From Burkholderiales bacterium UBA4615 (GTDB lineage: Bacteria; Pseudomonadota; Gammaproteobacteria; Burkholderiales; Burkholderiaceae_E), in assembly GCA_002386465.1 (NCBI GenBank), contig DGIT01000140.1:89354-153353 (forward strand): a stretch of 64,000 nt of DNA. Direction: 5' to 3'. Below are positions 31,804-41,812 of this stretch, in pieces (position 1 is the stretch's first letter; the number at the start of each line of letters is the position of its first letter). Both the position numbers and the translations under genes were made by a program. The notes beneath the pieces are model-generated. The model was not told the origin of the DNA, did not search any database, and saw nothing but the letters and a program-made list of their open reading frames with translations.

Positions 31804-32802
31804 ATGCCCGAGCCGATTGTAGCCACCCCCCTCGAGGCCGAACGCCTGATTGCCCGGGCGCGTGAGGTCTTGCGCATCGAGGCCGATGCGGTTGAAGCCC
31901 TCATCGGACGCGTCGGCGCGGACTTTGCCCACGCCTGCCAGCTGATCCTGGCCTGCCGCGGCCGGGTGGTGGTGAGCGGCATGGGGAAGTCGGGGCATGT
32001 CGCCCGCAAACTGGCCGCCACGCTGGCGTCCACCGGCACACCCGCCTTTTTCGTGCACCCCGCCGAGGCCAGCCATGGCGACCTGGGCATGGTGACCCGC
32101 GACGACGTTTTCATTGCTCTGTCCAATTCCGGGCGCACAGACGAGCTGCTCGCCATCCTGACCCCGGTCAAGCGGCAAGGCGCCAAGCTGATCGCAATGA
32201 CCGGCGACCCCGAGTCCCCGCTGGCCCGTCAAGCGGACGCGCATCTCGATGCCCGGGTCGACAAGGAAGCCTGCCCTCTCAACCTGGCGCCCACCGCCAG
32301 TACCACGGCCGCACTGGCGCTGGGCGATGCGCTGGCGGTGGCCCTGCTCGATGCCCGCGGCTTCGGGGCCGATGACTTTGCGCGCTCGCATCCCGGCGGC
32401 TCGCTCGGACGCAAGCTGCTCACCCATGTGGCCGACGTGATGCGCACCGGCGAAGCCGTGCCCACGGTGCCGCTGGGCTCAAGCCTGACCGCAGCGATTC
32501 TGGAGGTGACCCGCAAGCGCATGGGCATGACCGCGGTGGTCTCGCCCGAAGGCAGGCTGGCTGGCGTCTTCACCGACGGCGATCTGCGTCGGCTGCTCGA
32601 GCGCACCACCGATTTGCGCAGCCTGACCGTGGACGAGGTGATGACACGCGAGGCCGCGACCATCGGCCCGCAGGATCTGGCCGTCGAGGCGGTCCGGCGC
32701 ATGGAGGAACGGCGCATCAACCAGCTGCCGGTTATCGATGCCCACGCCCAGGTGGTCGGCGCCCTGCATATTCACGACCTGCTGCTGGCGCGCGTGGTAT
32801 GA
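31804..32802 (+). CDS. kdsD: Arabinose-5-phosphate isomerase (KpsF/GutQ family)
   Basis: SIS domain GRVVVSGMGKSGHVARKLAATLASTGTPAFFVHPAEASHGDLG plus two CBS domains. ATG 31804 was chosen. Confidence 0.92.
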   Translation: MPEPIVATPLEAERLIARAREVLRIEADAVEALIGRVGADFAHACQLILACRGRVVVSGMGKSGHVARKLAATLASTGTPAFFVHPAEASHGDLGMVTRDDVFIALSNSGRTDELLAILTPVKRQGAKLIAMTGDPESPLARQADAHLDARVDKEACPLNLAPTASTTAALALGDALAVALLDARGFGADDFARSHPGGSLGRKLLTHVADVMRTGEAVPTVPLGSSLTAAILEVTRKRMGMTAVVSPEGRLAGVFTDGDLRRLLERTTDLRSLTVDEVMTREAATIGPQDLAVEAVRRMEERRINQLPVIDAHAQVVGALHIHDLLLARVV

Positions 32803-33359
32803 GCGCGCCTGCTTCAGATCCTCAGGCTGACGCGGCCCTGGCGCGCGCCGCCGCAGTGCGCCTGATGGCCTTCGATGTGGACGGCACACTGACCGATGGC
32901 GGCATTCATATCAGCGCCCAGGGCGAAGCCCACAAGCGATTCTCGGTGCGCGATGGCCTCGGCCTGGTGCTCCTGCGCGACAACGGTATCCGGGTGGCGA
33001 TCGTCACTGGCCGCAGCTCGGCGATCGTCGAGCAACGGGCCCGCGAACTGGGTATCGAGGAGGTGATCCAGGGCGTAGCAGACAAATCGCAGGTGATGCG
33101 CGGCCTGGCCGAGCGACACCGGTTGCAGCTCGACCAATGCGGTTTCATGGGCGACGACTGGCCCGACCTGCCTGCGATGCGCGTGGTGGGTTTCGCTGCC
33201 GCTGTACAGGATGCCGCGCCTGCCGTGCGAGAGGCCGCCCACTGGTGCGCCCATGCGGCGGGCGGGCACGGTGCAGCCCGCGAACTGGCGGAATACATCC
33301 TGCACGCACAGGGCCGCATGGATGCCGCGCTGGGCCGTTTCGACGGTCGGCGCGCCTGA
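32799..33359 (+). CDS. kdsC: 3-deoxy-D-manno-octulosonate 8-phosphate phosphatase
   Basis: HAD motif I FDVDGTLTDG, VTGRSS and GDDWPDL. It overlaps kdsD by 4 nt. Confidence 0.92.
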   Translation: MSAPASDPQADAALARAAAVRLMAFDVDGTLTDGGIHISAQGEAHKRFSVRDGLGLVLLRDNGIRVAIVTGRSSAIVEQRARELGIEEVIQGVADKSQVMRGLAERHRLQLDQCGFMGDDWPDLPAMRVVGFAAAVQDAAPAVREAAHWCAHAAGGHGAARELAEYILHAQGRMDAALGRFDGRRA

Positions 33360-33368
33360 GCACAGCCC

Positions 33369-33974
33369 ATGAACCAGCGCCTGCGTGACCGGCTGGCCGC
33401 CGCGGTGTCGGTGGCACTGCTGGCAGCCCTGAGCCTGTTTACCCTGTACCTGGCCCAGCGCGCCGCGCGTGATCGGGAGCGCCCTGCGGCGGCGGCACCG
33501 GCGGCCGGCGAACCGGACTATTTCGTCGATCGGATGGCGCTCCTCACCATGAACGATGCCGGCGCGCCGGCGTATCGGCTGCAAGCCAGCAGCCTTACTC
33601 ACTTTCCGGCTGACGATATGGCCCAGTTCGAAGCACCGGTGATGGTGAGCCTGGACCCCGCCCGGCCACGGGTCACCGTGACCGCCGACCGCGGCCGATT
33701 GCTCAATCAGGCGTCCCGTCGCGAGCATGAAGTCCAGTTGTCGGGGCACGTGAACGTGGTGCGGGAAGCCCGCAAGGATTCCGCCGAGCTGGTGGCGGTC
33801 ACGGACTTTGCAGTCGTGCTGCCGAGCGCCGATGTCGTGCGCACCGACCGGCCGATCACCATCACCCATGGCCCCCATCGGCTTGAGGCGGTGGGAATGG
33901 AGCTCGATAACAAGGCCCGGCGACTGCGGTTAGACTCGAAAGTCAGGGCCACGCTTGAGCCGCCCTCGCGCTGA
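33369..33974 (+). CDS. lptC: LPS export system protein LptC
   Basis: N-terminal TM anchor followed by a beta-jellyroll-length periplasmic domain. Its position between kdsC and lptA fits. Confidence 0.82.
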   Translation: MNQRLRDRLAAAVSVALLAALSLFTLYLAQRAARDRERPAAAAPAAGEPDYFVDRMALLTMNDAGAPAYRLQASSLTHFPADDMAQFEAPVMVSLDPARPRVTVTADRGRLLNQASRREHEVQLSGHVNVVREARKDSAELVAVTDFAVVLPSADVVRTDRPITITHGPHRLEAVGMELDNKARRLRLDSKVRATLEPPSR

Positions 33975-34034
33975 CGCCGTCCATACCGATCCACACCACC
34001 CTCATCCGCAGCCTTTTCGCATCCTGCCACCCGC

Positions 34035-34685
34035 ATGCAGCGCCTTGCCCCACCAATCGCCCTTGTGAGCCGGCCACTAGCAGTCCTGTGCGCGACGCTG
34101 GTCGGCCTGCTGGCCACCGGCACCGCACTGGGCGAGCGGGCGGATCGCTTCAAGCCCACCCAGGTCGAAGCCGACCGCATGGATTACGACGACGTCAAGC
34201 AAGTCAATGTGTTCACCGGGTCGGTGGTGCTCAGCCGCGGCACCATGCTCATCAGGGGCGATCGCATGGTCGTCTCTCAAGACCCCGAGGGCTATCAGTA
34301 CGGCACCACAACCGGTCGGCTGGCCAGCTTCAGGCAAAAACGCGACGGGGTCGACGAGTGGATCGAAGGCTACGGCGAAGAGATCTACTACGACGGCAAG
34401 ACCGAAGTGGTCACTTTGCGCCGCAAAGCCAAGGTGCGGCGCCTGGAAGGCACGCGGGTTATGGATGAAATCGATGGCCCGCTGATCGTGTACGACAGTC
34501 GGACCGAGCAATTCAATGTGCAGGGCGGCCAGGCGTCGGGCCCGACGGCCAGCGGCAACAGTCGGGTGAAGGTGGTGATTCAGCCCAGGCTCACCGACCC
34601 GTCCGAACCCTTGCCTGCCAGCGGCGCGCCTGGCGGAGCCACCACCACCCCCGCGCCCGGCACCCGACGCCCGCCGGCGCGCTGA
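34035..34685 (+). CDS. lptA: LPS transport periplasmic protein LptA
   Basis: Signal peptide and an OstA-like domain (QVEADRMDYDDVKQVNVFTGSVVLSRGTMLIRGDRMVV). Confidence 0.88.
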   Translation: MQRLAPPIALVSRPLAVLCATLVGLLATGTALGERADRFKPTQVEADRMDYDDVKQVNVFTGSVVLSRGTMLIRGDRMVVSQDPEGYQYGTTTGRLASFRQKRDGVDEWIEGYGEEIYYDGKTEVVTLRRKAKVRRLEGTRVMDEIDGPLIVYDSRTEQFNVQGGQASGPTASGNSRVKVVIQPRLTDPSEPLPASGAPGGATTTPAPGTRRPPAR

Positions 34686-34698
34686 GTCAACCCGCATC

Positions 34699-35439
34699 AT
34701 GAGCCGGCTGAGTGCGCAACATCTGATGAAGGCCTACCACGGCCGTCAGGTGGTCAAGGATGTGTCCATCGACGTCCAAAGCGGCGAGGTCGTGGGTCTG
34801 TTAGGGCGCAATGGCGCGGGCAAGACCACCTGCTTCTACATGATCGCGGGGCTCGTACCCACCGACGGCGGCCAGATCGAACTCGACGGCCACTCGATCA
34901 ACCGGCTGCCGATTCACCGGCGCGCACGCCTGGGCCTGTCCTATCTGCCGCAGGAAGCTTCAGTCTTTCGCAAGCTCACGGTCGAGGAAAATGTCCTCGC
35001 GGTGCTCGAGCTTCAGGTCGATGATGCGGGCAAGACGCTGGGGCGCGCCGAGCTGCAACACCGCCTGAACACGCTGCTCGACGAACTGCAGATCGATCAC
35101 CTGCGTTCCAACACCGCGCAATCGCTGTCGGGGGGCGAACGTCGACGCGTCGAGATCGCCCGGGCACTGGCCACATCGCCGCGTTTCGTGCTGCTCGATG
35201 AGCCCTTCGCCGGGGTCGATCCGATTGCAGTCATCGAAATCCAGCGGATCGTCCGGTTCCTGAAAGACCGTCAGATCGGGGTCCTGATTACAGATCACAA
35301 CGTTCGTGAAACTCTGGGCATTTGTGATCGGGCATACATCATCAACGATGGTATTGTTCTTGCTTCCGGATCGCCCGGATCAGTGGTCACGGACGAACGG
35401 GTACGCAAGGCCTATCTGGGCGAGGAATTCAAGATGTAG
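34699..35439 (+). CDS. lptB: LPS export ABC transporter ATP-binding protein LptB
   Basis: Walker A GRNGAGKTT, signature LSGGERRRVEIARAL, Walker B VLLDEPFAGVDP and the H-loop TDHNVRETL. Confidence 0.95.
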   Translation: MSRLSAQHLMKAYHGRQVVKDVSIDVQSGEVVGLLGRNGAGKTTCFYMIAGLVPTDGGQIELDGHSINRLPIHRRARLGLSYLPQEASVFRKLTVEENVLAVLELQVDDAGKTLGRAELQHRLNTLLDELQIDHLRSNTAQSLSGGERRRVEIARALATSPRFVLLDEPFAGVDPIAVIEIQRIVRFLKDRQIGVLITDHNVRETLGICDRAYIINDGIVLASGSPGSVVTDERVRKAYLGEEFKM

Positions 35440-35469
35440 CCGGCCTCGGGGCCGTCTGCGACGGCGCTG

Positions 35470-36999
35470 ATGAAACCATCCCTACAACTACGGCAATCTC
35501 AGCAGCTCGCGCTCACCCCGCAGCTGCAGCAGTCGATCCGCCTGTTGCAGCTTTCCACTCTGGAGCTCAATCAGGAGCTCGAACAGATCCTCGCCGAAAA
35601 CCCGCTGCTTGAGCGGTTGGACGACCCGTTCTCCGACAGCGTGCGCATTGCGCCCAACGGCTCCATCGACTCCAGCTCTTCCGTCGGCAGCGCTGACACC
35701 GCCGGCGACGCTTCCGCCGGCAGCACCTCCAGTCAGGCCGATGGGCCGCAACAGGCCGAAGGGGGCAGCGATTCCTATGATGAGGGCGGCTCGGACTACG
35801 GCTCAGATGGCGACCGCAGCACTCTGGACTGGGGCGGTGAAGCCCGCGGCCCGGGCACCGAAGGCGACGACGACGAGCGCGACTACCCGCAACTGGCCGG
35901 CACCACCGAAAGCCTGTCCGAGCACCTGCAAAGCCAGCTGGCCGGCACCGGATGCTCGGTGCGCGACCGTGCGCTGGTCACGCTGCTGATCGAAGAGCTC
36001 GACCCGGACGGCTATCTGCGCACGCCGATTGAAGAGATCCTGAAGTCGCTGCCCGCCGAACTGGAACTCGAACCCGAAGAGCTCAGCGCAGCGCTCAAGC
36101 TCCTGCAGAGCTTCGACCCGGCGGGCGTTGGCGCGCGCTCCGTGTCGGAATGCCTGCTGCTGCAACTGGCCGCCATCCCGGTCGACCAGCGCCCCGAAAA
36201 GCAGATCTTCCGGTTGGCGGCGCTCATCTCGCGCGACCACCTCGACCTGCTCGCCGCCCGTGATTTCGTGCGACTCAAACGGCTGTTGCGCTGCGACGAT
36301 GACGCATTACGCAAGGCCCAGCAGGTCATCCAGTCGCTCAGTCCCCGGCCCGGCAGTGCCTTTTCCGGCGAGGCTGCAGCCATTGTGGTCCCCGATGTCA
36401 TCATCCGGCGCAGCCGCGACGGCTGGCAGGCTGTGCTCAACCCCGATGTCATGCCGAAGCTGCGGATCAACGATGTCTACGCGCAGGTCCTCAAACGCAA
36501 CCGGTCGGCCGCCGGTGGCAATTTGTCGGCACAGTTGCAGGAGGCCCGTTGGCTGGTGAAGAATGTCCAACAGCGATTCGAAACCATCCAGCGGGTGGCT
36601 CAGGCGGTCACCGACCGTCAGAAGGCCTTCTTCACCCATGGGGCCGTGGCCATGCGCCCGCTGGTGCTGCGCGAAATCGCTGAGGAACTGGGCTTGCACG
36701 AATCCACGATCTCGCGTGTGACCACCCAGAAGTTCATGATGACGCCGTTTGGTACCTTCGAGATCAAGTACTTTTTCGGCAGCCACGTGGCTACCGATAC
36801 CGGAGGCACGGCATCGAGCACTGCGATCCGTGCCGTGATCAAGCAGCTCATTTCTGAGGAGAACCGCCAAGACCCCTTATCCGACAGCAGGATCGCCGAA
36901 CTGCTCGGCGAGCAGGGCATCGTGGTTGCAAGACGCACCGTGGCCAAATACCGCGAGGCGCTTCAGATTGCACCGGTCGCACAGCGCAGGGCGCTCTAG
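35470..36999 (+). CDS. rpoN: RNA polymerase sigma-54 factor
   Basis: Region I MKPSLQLRQSQQLALTPQLQQSIRLLQLSTLEL, an acidic region II, the HTH region (GLHESTISR) and the RpoN box ARRTVAKYR. Confidence 0.97.
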   Translation: MKPSLQLRQSQQLALTPQLQQSIRLLQLSTLELNQELEQILAENPLLERLDDPFSDSVRIAPNGSIDSSSSVGSADTAGDASAGSTSSQADGPQQAEGGSDSYDEGGSDYGSDGDRSTLDWGGEARGPGTEGDDDERDYPQLAGTTESLSEHLQSQLAGTGCSVRDRALVTLLIEELDPDGYLRTPIEEILKSLPAELELEPEELSAALKLLQSFDPAGVGARSVSECLLLQLAAIPVDQRPEKQIFRLAALISRDHLDLLAARDFVRLKRLLRCDDDALRKAQQVIQSLSPRPGSAFSGEAAAIVVPDVIIRRSRDGWQAVLNPDVMPKLRINDVYAQVLKRNRSAAGGNLSAQLQEARWLVKNVQQRFETIQRVAQAVTDRQKAFFTHGAVAMRPLVLREIAEELGLHESTISRVTTQKFMMTPFGTFEIKYFFGSHVATDTGGTASSTAIRAVIKQLISEENRQDPLSDSRIAELLGEQGIVVARRTVAKYREALQIAPVAQRRAL

Positions 37000-37071
37000 A
37001 CGGTTCGATCGCAATCACAGGGCACGCCCTGTTAGCCGCCCTTGCAACGTTTTTCGCTCCAGGAGCTCCGC

Positions 37072-37392
37072 ATGAATCTGACCATCACCGGGCATCACCT
37101 CGAGGTCACCCCCGCATTGCGCGACTACATCACGGCGAAGCTCGAACGCATCCGAAGGCACTTTGACCAGGTGGTCGATACCAGTGTCTATCTGTCGGTG
37201 GAAAAGCTGCAGCAGCGTGCCGAAATCAATCTGCATGTGCGCGGCAAGGATCTGTTTGCCGAGTCGGTCCATCAGGACCTCTACGCGGCCATCGACACCC
37301 TGATCGACAAGCTTGACCGGCAGGTCCTCAAGTACAAGGAAATGCGCCAGGTCCGGCCCAACGAGACCGTGAAGCACCAGGCTGCCGCCTGA
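37072..37392 (+). CDS. hpf: Ribosome hibernation promoting factor (short HPF)
   Basis: [30 protein letters not shown]...[16 protein letters not shown] lies upstream of ATG 37072, and the gene is downstream of rpoN. Confidence 0.92.
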   Translation: MNLTITGHHLEVTPALRDYITAKLERIRRHFDQVVDTSVYLSVEKLQQRAEINLHVRGKDLFAESVHQDLYAAIDTLIDKLDRQVLKYKEMRQVRPNETVKHQAAA

Positions 37393-37594
37393 TCAGGGCC
37401 TGAGCACCACCCGCGCCGCGCCATCATCACCCTGGCTGCGGCCAGGCCAGACATCCGATGGCGCGGCGCAACAATGGTTCACAGTCATGGAGGGCACGCG
37501 CTGCGGTTCGTGTCTATAATCCGCGTAGAGCATTGCCCGGCTGCATCGCGCACATGCTTTCGCATTGCAACAACCCGCCCCCGGCGTTGAACCG

Positions 37595-38065
37595 ATGAAC
37601 CGAATCGCACCGCTGCTGCCGGCCCGTAACGTTGTGCTCAATGTGCAGGCGACCAGCAAGAAGCGGGTCTTCGAGCAGGCTGCCCTGCTGTTCGAAAACG
37701 AGAACGGCATCGAGCGTGGCAAAGTCTTCGACTCCCTCTTTGCCCGCGAGCGTCTTGGCTCCACCGGCCTCGGCCAGGGCGTCGCCATCCCACATGGCCG
37801 TATCAAGGGCCTGAAGGACGCGATCGCAGCGGTTTTGAGCGTCGATCCGGGCATCCCCTTCGATGCACCCGATGGCCAGGCAGTTCGCTTGCTGGTCTTC
37901 TTGCTCGTCCCGGAAAACGCCAACGAGCAGCACCTGGAAATTCTCTCCGAACTCGCCGAACTGCTCTCGGATGCCTCGCTGCGCGCCACCCTGATGCAAG
38001 CGAAGGACGCGGCTGAGGTGCATCACCTGCTGGCCGACTGGGAACCCTACCGCCCGGCTGCCTGA
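37595..38065 (+). CDS. ptsN: PTS-Ntr enzyme IIA (nitrogen regulatory PtsN)
   Basis: SKKRVFEQAALLFE...ARERLGSTGLGQGVAIPHGR carries the phosphorylatable His motif. Locus context fits. Confidence 0.92.
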   Translation: MNRIAPLLPARNVVLNVQATSKKRVFEQAALLFENENGIERGKVFDSLFARERLGSTGLGQGVAIPHGRIKGLKDAIAAVLSVDPGIPFDAPDGQAVRLLVFLLVPENANEQHLEILSELAELLSDASLRATLMQAKDAAEVHHLLADWEPYRPAA

Positions 38066-38097
38066 GCGCACGACTCATCCGTTCGGGCCGGTGTAGA

Positions 38098-39111
38098 GTG
38101 GTGACGATGCACAGCCCATCGCCTCCTGACGCGTTCTCTGCCGCACATCGATCGCACGAACCTGATGCGTCCGACACACCGGTTCTCAGCGTCTCGGATC
38201 TGGTGGAGCACTCCGCCGAAGTCATCGGCCTGCACTGGGTCTGCGGCGCCTCGCAGGGGCATCGCGCAGCAGGCATCCGTGCGCCCGACCCGGTCGACCA
38301 GGTCGGCTACCTCAACCTGATTCATCCGCATCGCATCCAGGTGATTGGCTTCGCCGAGGTGGCCTACTTCGAGCGACTGAGCCACACACGACGCGAGCAC
38401 GTCCTGGAGGAGATCCGCCATGCTCAGCCGCCCGCGCTGGTGCTGGCCGAAGGCGTGCAGGCACCCGAGGCGCTGCTTGCCGCCTGTATTCAGCATGAAC
38501 AGCCCCTGCTTGCCTGCGACCTGCCCAGTCCGCGGGTCATCGAGTTGCTGCGCAGTCAGCTCGGCAAGGCCATGGCGATCAGCTGCACGATGCATGGGGT
38601 GCTGATGGACGTGCTGGGAATCGGCGTGCTGATTTCCGGTGAGTCGGGGCTGGGCAAGAGCGAACTGGGCCTGGAGCTGATCAGCCGTGGTCATGGGCTG
38701 GTCGCTGACGACGTGGTTGAACTGCGCCGGGTGGCCCACAGCACCATCGAGGGCCGCTGCCCGCCGCTCTTGCAGGGTTTGCTTGAAGTGCGCGGTCTGG
38801 GTCTGCTCGACATCAAAACCGTATTCGGCGAAACCGCGGTGCGCCGCAAAATGCGCCTGAAGCTCATCGTGCACCTGGTCAGACGCAGCACCCACGAAGA
38901 CGAATACGAACGCCTGCCACTCGAGGACATGACGCAGGAAGTGCTCGGAATGGCCATCCGCAAGGTGGTCATTCCGGTGGCGGCCGGACGCAATCTTGCC
39001 GTGCTGGCTGAGGCCGCCGTTCGCAACACCATCTTGCAGTTGCGCGGCATCGACACGATGCGCGAATTCGTCGCCCGTCAGCAGCAGGCCATCGACGACG
39101 CGACACCCTGA
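38098..39111 (+). CDS. hprK: HPr kinase/phosphorylase
   Basis: P-loop GESGLGKSELGLELISRGHGLVADDVVEL and LEVRGLGLLDIKTVFG. There is a roughly 25-aa N-terminal extension. Confidence 0.9.
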   Translation: MVTMHSPSPPDAFSAAHRSHEPDASDTPVLSVSDLVEHSAEVIGLHWVCGASQGHRAAGIRAPDPVDQVGYLNLIHPHRIQVIGFAEVAYFERLSHTRREHVLEEIRHAQPPALVLAEGVQAPEALLAACIQHEQPLLACDLPSPRVIELLRSQLGKAMAISCTMHGVLMDVLGIGVLISGESGLGKSELGLELISRGHGLVADDVVELRRVAHSTIEGRCPPLLQGLLEVRGLGLLDIKTVFGETAVRRKMRLKLIVHLVRRSTHEDEYERLPLEDMTQEVLGMAIRKVVIPVAAGRNLAVLAEAAVRNTILQLRGIDTMREFVARQQQAIDDATP

Positions 39112-39122
39112 GACTCGGACCC

Positions 39123-39998
39123 ATGGACATCATCCTCGTCACCGGCATTTCCGGTTCCGGCAAATCCATCGCAGTCAATGTGCTGGAGGACGACGGCTTT
39201 TACTGCATCGACAATCTGCCGGCACCGTTCCTGTTCGATGTGATCGGTTCACTGGGCGAGGCCGGCCATCGGCGCGTCGCGGTCTCGATCGACGTGCGTA
39301 CCGGCGATTCGGTCGGCGGTCTGCGCGACGTGATTCAGCGCCTGACACAGGCCAGTCATCAGGTGAAAGTGCTCTTTCTGAACGCGCGCACCGACATCCT
39401 CGTGCAGCGCTTCTCTGAAACCCGCCGCAGGCACCCGCTCACCCTGCAGCCCGCTGGCTCACAGGAAGCACCGCCAACGCTCATGGAATCCATCGACCGC
39501 GAACGCGACATGATGAGCGTGGTCGAAGACCTGGGTCTGTCGATCGACACCAGCGACCTGCATCCCAATGTGCTGCGCCAGTGGGTGCGCGATGTGGTCG
39601 GGCTGCAGCGCTCGGGCATCGGCCTGCTGTTCGAGTCCTTCGCCTTCAAGCACGGCGTACCGCTCGATGCCGACCTGGTCTTCGATGTGCGCTGTCTGCC
39701 CAATCCCTACTACACGCCAGCACTGCGCGCCCTGACCGGGCTGGATGCACCGGTCGCACAGTTCCTCGCCGAAGTGCCGGCGGTCGAGCGCATGATCGAG
39801 CACATCTCCCACTTCCTGCAGAGCTGGTTGCCGGCCTATGTGCAGGAGAACCGCAGCTATCTTACGGTCGCGGTCGGTTGCACCGGCGGGCAGCACCGAT
39901 CGGTCTATGTGGTCGAGCAGTTATCCAAGCGGTTTCGCGACACCGAGCGCGTGCTGGTCCGGCACCGCGGGCTGGCGCACCGCACGCTGGTTGGCTAA
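39123..39998 (+). CDS. rapZ: RNase adapter protein RapZ (YhbJ)
   Basis: MDIILVTGISGSGKSIAVNVLEDDGFYCIDNLP, FDVRCLPNPYY and GCTGGQHRSV. Confidence 0.95.
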   Translation: MDIILVTGISGSGKSIAVNVLEDDGFYCIDNLPAPFLFDVIGSLGEAGHRRVAVSIDVRTGDSVGGLRDVIQRLTQASHQVKVLFLNARTDILVQRFSETRRRHPLTLQPAGSQEAPPTLMESIDRERDMMSVVEDLGLSIDTSDLHPNVLRQWVRDVVGLQRSGIGLLFESFAFKHGVPLDADLVFDVRCLPNPYYTPALRALTGLDAPVAQFLAEVPAVERMIEHISHFLQSWLPAYVQENRSYLTVAVGCTGGQHRSVYVVEQLSKRFRDTERVLVRHRGLAHRTLVG

Positions 39999-40013
39999 GC
40001 CGGAGGCACGACC

Positions 40014-40649
40014 TTGTCTGACCCCTCACCGATTGCAGCAGACACGCTGCAGGCGCTGCCGATCTTTCCGCTGTCCACCGTCCTGTTCCCGGACGGCATC
40101 CTGCCCTTGCGCATTTTCGAAGCGCGCTATGTCGACATGGTGCGCGCCTGCATGCGGCACAACACGCCGTTCGGCGTGTGTCGTCTGGTGAAGGGTTCCG
40201 AGGTCGGCACACCAGCCGAACATGAATCCATCGGCTGTCTGGCGCACATCAAAGACTGGGACATGCAGCCAGGCGGTCTGCTGCATGTGCGGGCCCAAGG
40301 CGGGCGGCGGTTTCACATCACCGCGCGCCGCGTGGCGCCCGATGGCCTGATTCTGGCCGATACCCAACTGATCGGCGCGGATCCGCACGTGCCCGTGCCG
40401 CCCGAGCATGCAGCCTGCGCGGACCTGATCCGACGCATCGTCGACACGCTGCGCCGCGATGGTCCTGAAGCCGATCAGGGACTGATCGCCGAGCCCTGCG
40501 CCTTCGAATCCGCCGCCTGGGTTGCCAATCGGCTGGGCGAATTTCTGCCGATTGCCGCGCCGGCTAAACACCAGCTGATGGCGCTGGATGATCCGCTTGC
40601 CCGGCTCGCCATCGTGCATCGCTGGCTGCAGCAGAACAAGGTCATCTGA
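40014..40649 (+). CDS. LON peptidase substrate-binding (LON N-terminal) domain protein
   Basis: LPIFPLSTVLFPDGILPLRIFEARYVDMV is the start of a LON N-terminal domain. No AAA or protease domain follows. TTG start. Confidence 0.78.
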   Translation: MSDPSPIAADTLQALPIFPLSTVLFPDGILPLRIFEARYVDMVRACMRHNTPFGVCRLVKGSEVGTPAEHESIGCLAHIKDWDMQPGGLLHVRAQGGRRFHITARRVAPDGLILADTQLIGADPHVPVPPEHAACADLIRRIVDTLRRDGPEADQGLIAEPCAFESAAWVANRLGEFLPIAAPAKHQLMALDDPLARLAIVHRWLQQNKVI

Positions 40650-41802
40650 GGCGCCCAGGCAGCCCATCCAACTGCACCGCGAACTGTCCAAGCAAGGTTT
40701 TTACAGGCTGAGGCAACGGGGCCTGAGGGGCATCGCTCAGTGCGAGCCACTCATGCCCTGCGACCGGCGTGCGACAAGCCTTGGGCAGATCCATTCTCCA
40801 GGCATCGGCCAACAGCCTGAAATGGGTGAAGACATGCCGCACCGGGGCAAGCCGTACCGGCGTCGGGCCGCTGATCCGGTAGCGTGCGGCCACCGTGTCG
40901 GCCACCTGCTCTGCTGTGATGGGCGCCATCGCTGCGACCTGCGGCACGCGCAATTCGGGCAGGCTCCACAAACCGCCCCACAGGCCCGAGGGCGCTCTGC
41001 GCTCAAGAAGCACCGCATTGTCAGCCACCAGCACCGCCCACACCGCCTCGCGCTGTTCGATCCTGCGTGCCGGTCGGGGTGTGGGCAGCAGCGCCACACG
41101 CTGGGTGCGATGCGCCTCGCATTGTGCGGACAGCGGGCAGCGTGCGCAGGCCGGGCGTGAGCGGGTACACACCGTGGCCCCCAGGTCCATCAGGCCTTGC
41201 GTGTAAGCCTCGATGAGCCCAGCGCCATCAACGGGCAAATGCGCCCGGGCCATGGCCCACAGCCTGGCCTCGACCGCTCGCTCGCCCGGAAAACCATCGA
41301 TGCCGAAGCGGCGGCACAAGACGCGTTTCACGTTGCCGTCCAGAATGGCCGCACGCACCCCCCAGGCGAAGGCGGCAATGGCTGCCGCCGTGGACGGCCC
41401 GATACCCGGTAAGGCCTGCAAGGCCTCGGGTGTTTGCGGAAACCGGCCACCGTATCGCGACACCACCATCGCAGCGCAGGCGTGCAGGTTGCGCGCACGG
41501 CTGTAGTAGCCCAGCCCGCTCCAGCAGGCCAGCACATCGTCGATCGCGGCGGCTGCAAGTGACTGCACATCCGGAAAGCGGGCCATGAATCGTGCGTAAT
41601 AGCCAATGACCGCAGCCACCTGAGTCTGCTGCAGCATGATCTCCGAGACCCAGATGCGATACGGATCGCGGGTGCCTTGCCAGGGCAGATCATGCCGGCC
41701 ATGCAGGCGTTGCCAGGCGATCACGGTGTGCGCGAAGCCTGCATCATCGGCAGGCAGTTCGTGGGCAGTCTGCGCAGCCTGCGACTGCCGCGGTACGCGC
41801 AC
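40642..41802 (-). CDS. mutY: A/G-specific adenine DNA glycosylase
   Basis: WQRLHGRHDLPWQ..RDPYRIWVSEIMLQQTQV (HhH-GPD), LPGIGPSTAAAI, a Cys cluster (C..RPACARCPL..QC) and a C-terminal NUDIX-like domain. GTG 41802 has GAGG 8 nt upstream. The longer ORF overlaps the upstream gene. Confidence 0.85.
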   Translation of the reverse strand: MRVPRQSQAAQTAHELPADDAGFAHTVIAWQRLHGRHDLPWQGTRDPYRIWVSEIMLQQTQVAAVIGYYARFMARFPDVQSLAAAAIDDVLACWSGLGYYSRARNLHACAAMVVSRYGGRFPQTPEALQALPGIGPSTAAAIAAFAWGVRAAILDGNVKRVLCRRFGIDGFPGERAVEARLWAMARAHLPVDGAGLIEAYTQGLMDLGATVCTRSRPACARCPLSAQCEAHRTQRVALLPTPRPARRIEQREAVWAVLVADNAVLLERRAPSGLWGGLWSLPELRVPQVAAMAPITAEQVADTVAARYRISGPTPVRLAPVRHVFTHFRLLADAWRMDLPKACRTPVAGHEWLALSDAPQAPLPQPVKTLLGQFAVQLDGLPGRLR

Positions 41803-41812
41803 CGGATGCGCC

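Noticed and set aside
37018-37040. Possible sigma-54 promoter (GGGCACG...TTAGC) and CAGGGC-ac-GCCCTG hairpin upstream of hpf
   Set aside because: The GG-to-GC spacing is two nucleotides too long for the TGGCAC-N5-TTGC consensus, and the -12 element is poor. Other TGGCAC occurrences in the window (e.g. 12820, 50070, 55889) also lack a correctly spaced TTGC.
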